A DNA stretch of 64,000 bases from Octopus sinensis (Eukaryota). The DNA is taken from positions 11,284,001 through 11,348,000 of the forward strand of contig NC_043008.1 in NCBI RefSeq assembly GCF_006345805.1. The letters run 5' to 3'. Shown piece by piece: positions 56,521 to 64,000 of this stretch. Position 1 is the stretch's first letter, and the number at the start of each line of letters is the position of its first letter. A program made the translations under genes and the position numbers. The notes beneath the pieces are model-generated. The model was not told the origin of the DNA, did not search any database, and saw nothing but the letters and a program-made list of their open reading frames with translations.

Positions 56521-57689
56521 AATCACAGGATATAGGCCGTAACTTTATGCCCTGCATTTCACACAGATGGATCGAGACCAGTTACACGTCATCACGAGAC
56601 ATATTTCTGAAATATTCAACCATACTTCATCTATACATTTTATTACTATATGGTAGATATAAGCCATTAGCTGTATAAGTATGACAAACGAACTGGAAAT
56701 AAATAAAAAGATGGCTAAAAAGTGACAAGATGTTTCGATATTCGATTCTAAGCATAACTACGTGTATATTGTAATAGTCAAACATTAGTGTTGTAAGTTA
56801 AGTCACTACAACAAATTTCGATAAGTTATTCTATATCATTATTTTAAAACTGATGTGATACGGATCCAACTTATAATCAATTCTAAATATAGTTGTTAAA
56901 TATATTCGGATGCCCCCCCCCCCCACCATGTAGAACTTTGATTTAAGCATGCTCGACTAAAACACTCCTGTTTCCTTATATATATATATATATATTATAT
57001 ATATATATATATATAAGCAGGTGTTTATACACAGGTATAAACACGAATGTAAATATATGTTTGTGTGTGTATGTGTGTGTGTAAATTGCGCACCTGTAAT
57101 GCGCCAATTCAATATACTAAACATTCAATTGTCTTTAATTTAATGCTCTGCGTTCAGATTTGACATTGCATGTAATTGATCTTAACTTTTATGAATGCTC
57201 ATTTATCCTTTAACAGATTTGGTTTTTTCCAGGTTTGATAATTGCATTTAAAGCAATCTTACTTGGCAATTTTCGATATTTCTAATAAGTATTTAACTTC
57301 ACACACGAACATATATAACAATATCAACATATGAAATAACGTAAACGCATAAAATGTGGAGTATGTAAGAGAATGCAATGATCAGGTGAAATCATTAAAT
57401 TCATTGTTATGTTCAAATTTTTAGTTTTTGTATACGAGAAATCGTAAGTAATTATCTATGCATCGGTGGAGATAAACAATTATACTCCCTGGAGAGCTTT
57501 GAGTGTAATCACAGACAGGTGCACACACATACATACATGCATAGATACACACATACACACATATTCATAGGTATATATCTGTAATCATTATATGCATATA
57601 CATGTGCGTGCGTGCCTATGTATGAATTTGTTTACATATACAGGCATGCATACATACATTTATACACTGCTTAAATATAATATCAATCT

Positions 57690-58010
57690 TGAGAAATTAG
57701 GCTTCTCGAAACCAAGAAGGAAAAAGCAGATTCGAAGACTATAGATCCAGTCCATCACTGGATCTGTAAAAATCTGTAAAACTTTCCAGAAGATTATCAT
57801 TTAAATATATATGAGCATGTCTAGATATGCAACTATATGTATAAGAAGACATACATAATACGAAAATACAAATCTGCGCGTATACATACAAAAATACTTT
57901 GTCGTTGATGGTGATATTCCAATGAAAGAGCCTTGGATATAGGTTAGGAAGTAGCTCTTTCTCTATTGGGAAGAAATCTTGAAATAAAACTCAATAATGG
58001 CATACATACA
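57690..58010 (+). mobile_element. 3' end of RLE-type LINE, same family as 31740-32350
   Basis: LEKLGFSKPRRKKQIRRL*IQSITGSVKICKTF, then shared 3'UTR ...aaatcttgaaataaaactcaataatg. Confidence 0.7.
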
Positions 58011-58164
58011 GACAGGCATGTATATATACATGCATACATACAAACATATACGTATACATACATATATATAGAGACATATTTATTTATACATACACTCACA
58101 CACACACACACACAAATCACTCGCATATATATATATATGGAGAGAGAGAGAGAGACAAGGAAGG

Positions 58165-58462
58165 CTTGCAGTCCATATGGTTCCGAGGTATAGTCCCATT
58201 GCAAAGCATCTTGGTTACCTGTCTTCTACTATATCATCGGGACGACCAAATCCTTTTCATTGGATTTAATCTACGGAAACTGAAAGAAGCTCGTCGTATA
58301 TGCATGTATCTCTGTGTGTCTTTGTGTTTGTGCTTATCACATATCACCACTCAACAACAGGGGGTTGGTGAGCTAACTGGAAAGAGACAGATAAAAAGAC
58401 TACCAAGGCATTGCTGCAGCATGGCCGCATTCTAATGACTGACACAAGTAAAAGATAAAAGA
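58165..58462 (+). mobile_element. Degenerate family B SINE
   Basis: catatggttccgagg...acggaaactgaaagaagctcgtcg...gcagcatggccgc...acaagtaaaagataaaaga. Confidence 0.75.
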
Positions 58463-59496
58463 TATATCACTAATGTAAATTTATATCCGAAAGCAGTCAT
58501 GCATTATCAAATATTTATACAAACCTATAATGTGTTACCAATATATTTTCTGGAATAACAGCGGTGAACGTCAATTCTTTCATGAAATTTTAATATTTCA
58601 TACACCTGATATGGAAGTTTCAAAACTATTCTCAGACGAGAAAAGCTGAGTCCCAACTTGCCAGATATACAGGATGTCACATCATTAAGTAAATTGCTCA
58701 GTATATTTTCTAACGCTACACAAACGATTTAAAAATCCTAATCGATAAAAATTATTAAGTATAACTGATCGATAAAATCGACTATTCCTTTCTCATCGAT
58801 TTAAAATCTCACGCGTCTGTGAAACTCAGTGTTCATCTATTTAAATTTTTAAAACGAATGCGAATGTTAATGTAGATTGCCTATGTTATAAAATATGTCT
58901 CTTGTTTGGATGTATACGCAAGATGATACTATAAAACTACGGTGTGTGATAAAGGATAATTAACAATTTTGATTATCAGTCATGCAGTATGTTTATATAA
59001 CGATATAAAAGAAAATTCCGGGAAGTTATATGATACAGAGGATTATGTACAGAAGTTAATACGTTTTTCAGTAATAGACAACGATAGATATTTAAGGATA
59101 GAGATAGCGTGAGAATGAGTGGAAGGGAGGGAGAAAATGTGTATTAGAGAGAAACAGGAATGGAAAGAGCGAAAGCAAGTGAGAATTGGTGAGAAATGAC
59201 GAACGTGTAAAAGAAATGACAGAAAAGTTAGCGGGCCGCGTGAAATACTTAACGGTATTTCGTCTGTCTTTACGTTCTGATTTCAAATTCCGCCGAGGTG
59301 GACTTTGCCTTTCGTATATTTTATATGCGTAGTAGTGGCTGTGTAGTACCAACCACATCGTTCCGAGTTCAGTCCCACTGCGTGGCTCCTTGGACATATA
59401 AATGTCTACTACTATAGCCCCGAGCCGACCAAAGTGTTGTGAGTGGATTTGGGAGACGGAAACTGAAAGAAGCTCGTCGTATATATATATATATAT

Positions 59497-60456
59497 AACA
59501 ACAATTGAGGGTAAAATTAATTAATTAATCAATTTCACCAAGTGTTCAGTATGTAAAAGGACCATTTAAGGCGAATTCAAAATATTACATTATATAATTA
59601 GGGCTTAGTAAAATAAATTACTTTGCCACATACTGAACTTAGTAGAAATAGCAGCCAAAAAAAATTTTCTTAGCATTTCTACTACTTAAAGAAATTTCTC
59701 TCAGATAATGATCTATGTACTTGTGATATTTTTCTGTATTTACCCCCAAACCTTCGTGAGCTGTTGGAGTAAACATACTGAGAGAAATTTTCTTTAAGTA
59801 GTAGAAATGCTAAGAAAATTTTTTTTGGCTGCTATTTCTACTAAGTCAGTATGTTCAAAGTAATTTATTTTACTAAGCCCTAATTATATAATGTAATATT
59901 TTGAATTCGCCTTAAATGGTCCTTTTACATACTGAACACTTGGTGAAATTGATTAATTAATTAATTTTACCCTCAATTGTTGTTATTATAATTCATTTCT
60001 CTCGGTCATACTACCTCGGTTCTCGCGGTTAAAATATAATGTTTGCTAGATAGACCACGTAGGTGGAATGGGGAGTGCAGAATTTTATGCCTGCGCATTT
60101 TGAATTTGTTGACACTGTTTAGTTGGAGTGGTTCATCTGAAGCGAAAAGTTCGCTGATAGGTAAAGTTCCTTCTTCTTTTGGTGTTTCCAAATCCAAATT
60201 AAGAAATTTTGAGCTGACGAAAGAAATGCTGATTTTATTTGGCTAATCTTGAAACGTTGACGTACTCAAATGATCTATGTACTTGTGATATTTTTCTGTA
60301 TTTACCCCCAAACCTTCGTGAGCTGTCTGGAGTAAACATTATCTGAGAGAAATTTTCTTTAAGTAGTAGAAATGCTAAGAAAATTTTTTTGGCTGCTATT
60401 TTACTAAGTTCAGTATGTGGCAAAGTAATTTATTTTACTAACCCTAATTATATAAT
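59497..60456 (+). mobile_element. Hammerhead-containing non-autonomous retroelement (retrozyme-like / Penelope pLTR derivative) with 5' inverted segment
   Basis: Inverted arm 59497-59710, forward monomer 59707-60264, partial second monomer 60265-60456 (direct repeat of 59707-59895); (TA)n on both sides. Confidence 0.8.
60208..60270 (+). ncRNA. Type I hammerhead ribozyme
   Basis: TTTGAG CTGACGA AAGA-AAT-GCTGA-TTTTAT-TTGGC-TAA-TCTT GAAA CG-TTGA-CG TA|CTCAAA. Intact CUGANGA/GAAA core, GUA triplet, 6-bp stem I; predicted cleavage after 60264. Confidence 0.85.
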
Positions 60457-60464
60457 ATATATAT

Positions 60465-60531
<67 letters not shown>

Positions 60532-60996
60532 TTATATATATAATGGTGTGTGTGTTGTGTGTGTGGTGTGTGTGCGTGTCTGTTTGTGGTTGTGTGTGTG
60601 ATTGTCCTCCCAACATCGCATGGCAACTGATGCTGGTATATTTACTAGGTAAGTACTAGGTTAACAAAGAATAAGTTCTGGGGTCGATTTGTTCGACTAA
60701 ACGCGGTGTTCCAGCATGGCCGCAATCAAATGACTGAAACAAGTAAAAAAATTAATCGGGATATTGTTGATCTCTATGTTCTGCGAGGAAATTATAACGA
60801 TTTGCAAAATCCCGCATATACATTTCACAAATCGGTCTGACTGTCTACAGAAACTGCGTCTTTAATTTGCGAGAATATGTGAAGTACTTTTGTTTGACAT
60901 ATATTTTAAAACTTGTATCACTTGGGAATTGGCTGTTGTTAGTGTTATTGCAAGATATTGACCGAACATTGGGAAATGTATCCTAACATTTTCTAG

Positions 60997-61033
60997 GAAA
61001 AGTGCTAAGTGGGCTGTAACTAGAAATTCTGAC
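60997..61033 (+). CDS. Candidate 37-nt internal micro-exon (xKSAKWAVTRNSD)
   Basis: cctaacattttctag| acceptor with CTAAC, |gtaagt donor, one open frame. No flanking exons identified. Confidence 0.3.
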
Positions 61034-61136
61034 GTAAGTGTAACTACTACCTGAAGCCAGGTACGATGAACGCACACAGTTATTAATTGCTACTATTGGC
61101 TCTGAGAAATATGTTGATTCACGGCAGATAATATGC

Positions 61137-61231
<95 letters not shown>

Positions 61232-61838
61232 TATATATATATAAATTATATATGAGAGAGAGAGATGGAGAGAGAGATGGATAAACAGAGACGTAGATAT
61301 ACTTTTGTATGTAGCGTACCCATTTATAGTTTTTGCATGCACATACATACCTTGGCAATTACATACACCATAGACATCACACTGATATGAGCGTATGTCA
61401 TTATCATATTTTCATACACACACACACACACATATAAACGAATGTACATGCAGGTCCGCACTTAGAAAAACACAGGCACACAAAAACACATACGCACACA
61501 TGGGTGCATATTTATAGAATTACATATAAGCCAAGTAGCTTATTTGATCTAATATATATTTGTTAGAGTTTGAATACAAATTAATCTACCGCTCTCCTCC
61601 ATTTCTCCCCACTCTCTCCCATTCTCTCCTCCTCTCTCTCCTCTCTTCCTCTCTATCTATACACACGCAAACACTCATATGTATATATATCTATATATAA
61701 AATTACATACATACATACATACATACAAAATTATATATATATATACATATATACATATATATACATACATATATATATTATACATATATATATAAGTTAT
61801 ATATATGTATATATATATGTATATATATATATACATAT

Positions 61839-61870
<32 letters not shown>

Positions 61871-61889
61871 AATATTTATATATATATTA

Positions 61890-61921
<32 letters not shown>

Positions 61922-62429
61922 TACACATATTTTTATATATATATAATAAATTAATCTCATAGAGAAATAATGAATGAAATAAATGTTACGCTGATCAGTG
62001 TGAAAACAGTTATTTGACATAAATCTCAAAGAGGAAGTTAGACTGTTTTCCTATAAACCTAGAAGTACATATATACACGCATTCATAAAAGGATTCGTGA
62101 ATATAGAGATACACATATACATGCATGTGTAAGAGTGTTCGTGCGAAAGAGCGTGTCCATGTGTGTGTGTGTATGTGAATGTCTATGTACTTTTGAGTAT
62201 GTATATTATATATATATATATGCCTCACAGTGTTTTCCTGTGAATCATTGCGGATATGTTTGGTGCTGCATTGGTATGCATGCAGAAATATATTTTTAAT
62301 GTAAATAAGTAAATATGTGTGTTTCAATATTTATCCTTAATTGCCCTTATTGTTAAAATCAGATAACATTGTTAACTGTTTGATATAACGGCAATCAGAA
62401 AGTAATCGGACGTTATATATAATCTAGTC

Positions 62430-62790
62430 ACAATTTGCTACGTGAACAGAAATCTGCCTTGTAGTTGGCCTTGCTAAAACATTCTAAAAGATTTTCCACA
62501 CAGTTTAAAAATTCACATGCAATATGTTTATTTGAAATATTTCGTCTGAGGAAAGTCCTGATTGTGCAGAAGGAGCACATTTGGTCATAGCTCTCCTTGA
62601 TCAGTTCATCCCTGTCTTCAGTCGACAATTTCATCGTAAACAAATCTTTTACCTATTTACAACCAAACTGCGGATCGAATGGAGCGAATTTTTGCCGTGG
62701 AACAGTTTTCCGTGCAACAATTTCTTTTGGCCGAATTTTCCCCAGGAATTTCGAATCTCATGTTAATTACAAGGGGAATTCTTCTCTCTC
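62430..62790 (-). mobile_element. Possible DNA transposon 5' end with start of an ORF
   Basis: Degenerate GC-rich short repeats (ggaaaattcggcc/ggaaaactgttcc/gcaaaaattcgc) upstream of MKLSTEDRDELIKESYDQMCSF...CEFLNC...CFSKANYKA. Family not identified. Confidence 0.35.
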
Positions 62791-63173
62791 TTTAACGTTA
62801 AAATTAAATCGCAATTAGGGACGCACATTAATGGTGAAAGAATGTTCGACACAGGTTTCGAACGGAATATATCCTTCAATATCAGTCAGCCGTCACGTCT
62901 TTAATTGAATTAGATAATGTCATGTCACTGCCTTCTAGGCTTTATTGAATTACAACGTTGCCAGTAACGTAGAAGTTAGTTAAGGGTGGAACCTTTAAGA
63001 TGAAATCAGTGGAATTTCAATTTAGAATGGATCTATGAACAGGAATTATGGGGTACTTAAGATTACCATCTAAAACCTCTCACAAACTGCAACCTTTTAA
63101 TTGCTTACAATACTGTTAATCGCACAGGCAATTTGTAGTAGTTAAATTAAATGTGTGAGAGAGAGGTGTATAC

Positions 63174-63206
<33 letters not shown>

Positions 63207-63207
<1 letters not shown>

Positions 63208-63425
63208 TGTTATATTTCGGAATGGTCATTTTGCCAGTTTAGCCAATAAAACACACACGCACTATATATTTGGTGTCATTTTGCTTCAGTGTTATTTATT
63301 TTTACATTTTATTGGCTAAAATGGCAAAATGACCATTCCGAAATATATCTGTTTCAAACAATATCTGTTTCAACACCGACTTCGCATAAAAAATCTTGCA
63401 CAACAAAATATATAAATAATATCTA
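63207..63425. mobile_element. Fold-back element in (TA)n, 40-bp arms; family of 27943-28166
   Basis: Arms 63212-63251 and 63308-63347. Reverse complement of 63207-63306 and forward 63308-63415 both align to 28005-28166. Confidence 0.8.
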
Positions 63426-63427
63426 TA

Positions 63428-63507
<80 letters not shown>

Positions 63508-63929
63508 GGAGTCACTATGAGGATATTTAGACCTCTTATAGGGATGTTTTTATATAAGATTCACTGGTTTATATATTGTAATTTGAAGAGATAGTTCTTC
63601 AATAAATATATTATAAAATATGATATATTATTATTAAGTTTGAAAATGGAGAGATTAAATGGATATAAATAATTTTAAAAGTTAATTATCTTTGCCTAGA
63701 ATTGTTTCATTTCACATCAAAATTGAATTACAAGACATATATAAGAGATATGTTTGCATTTCAAAATAACTTGGGTGGAAAATCTTGAGGGCATGAAAAA
63801 GGACATTACAGAGATTATATTTTGATTGGTTGACGAAAACACCAAAAGATCCAAGAGGCTCCGGCAGGGGATGGTGATGAACCCTTCTGTACTCTCCCAC
63901 CACAACTTTCTCTCACTCTTTCTTCCTGT

Positions 63930-64000
63930 TTCTGTTGTACCTGTACTTCAAAGGACCGGCCTTGTCACACTCTGTGGCTCGCTGAATCTCCCTGAGAATT
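63930..64000 (+). mobile_element. Family C SINE body (runs off window)
   Basis: tacctgtacttcaaaggaccggccttgtcacactctgtggctcgctgaatctccctgagaa. Confidence 0.7.

Larger units (their letters stand above)
59326..60750 (+). mobile_element. Family B SINE interrupted at its internal (TA)n by the ribozyme element
   Basis: 5' part 59326-59496 (ends gaagctcgtcg(TA)n); 3' part 60542-60750 ((TG)n...caacatcgc...ctgaaacaagtaaaa). Confidence 0.85.

Overview
AT-rich, microsatellite-dense eukaryotic DNA. The SINE repertoire, (TA)n/(CA)n load and TTAGGG repeat point to an octopus genome (inference; no database search possible). I can support no recognisable host protein-coding gene, only three weak candidate exons; almost all ORFs in the supplied track are microsatellite or antisense artefacts. 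The window is a mosaic of three tRNA-derived SINE families, decayed mariner transposase pieces, R4/Dong-like and other RLE-type LINE fragments, a piggyBac-like MITE, a TIR element carrying telomeric repeats, a 5S rRNA pseudogene fused to a SINE body, and two recent tandem duplications (about 0.87 and 1.36 kb). The most interesting signal is a set of short non-coding elements inserted in (TA)n tracts, several with fold-back (inverted + forward) architecture and hammerhead-ribozyme motifs. The best example (59497-60456) has an intact type I hammerhead at 60208-60270 that separates an ORF-less ~560-nt monomer from a partial second copy. The forward copy starts 4 nt downstream of the predicted cleavage site, as expected for a Penelope-mobilised, retrozyme-like element.
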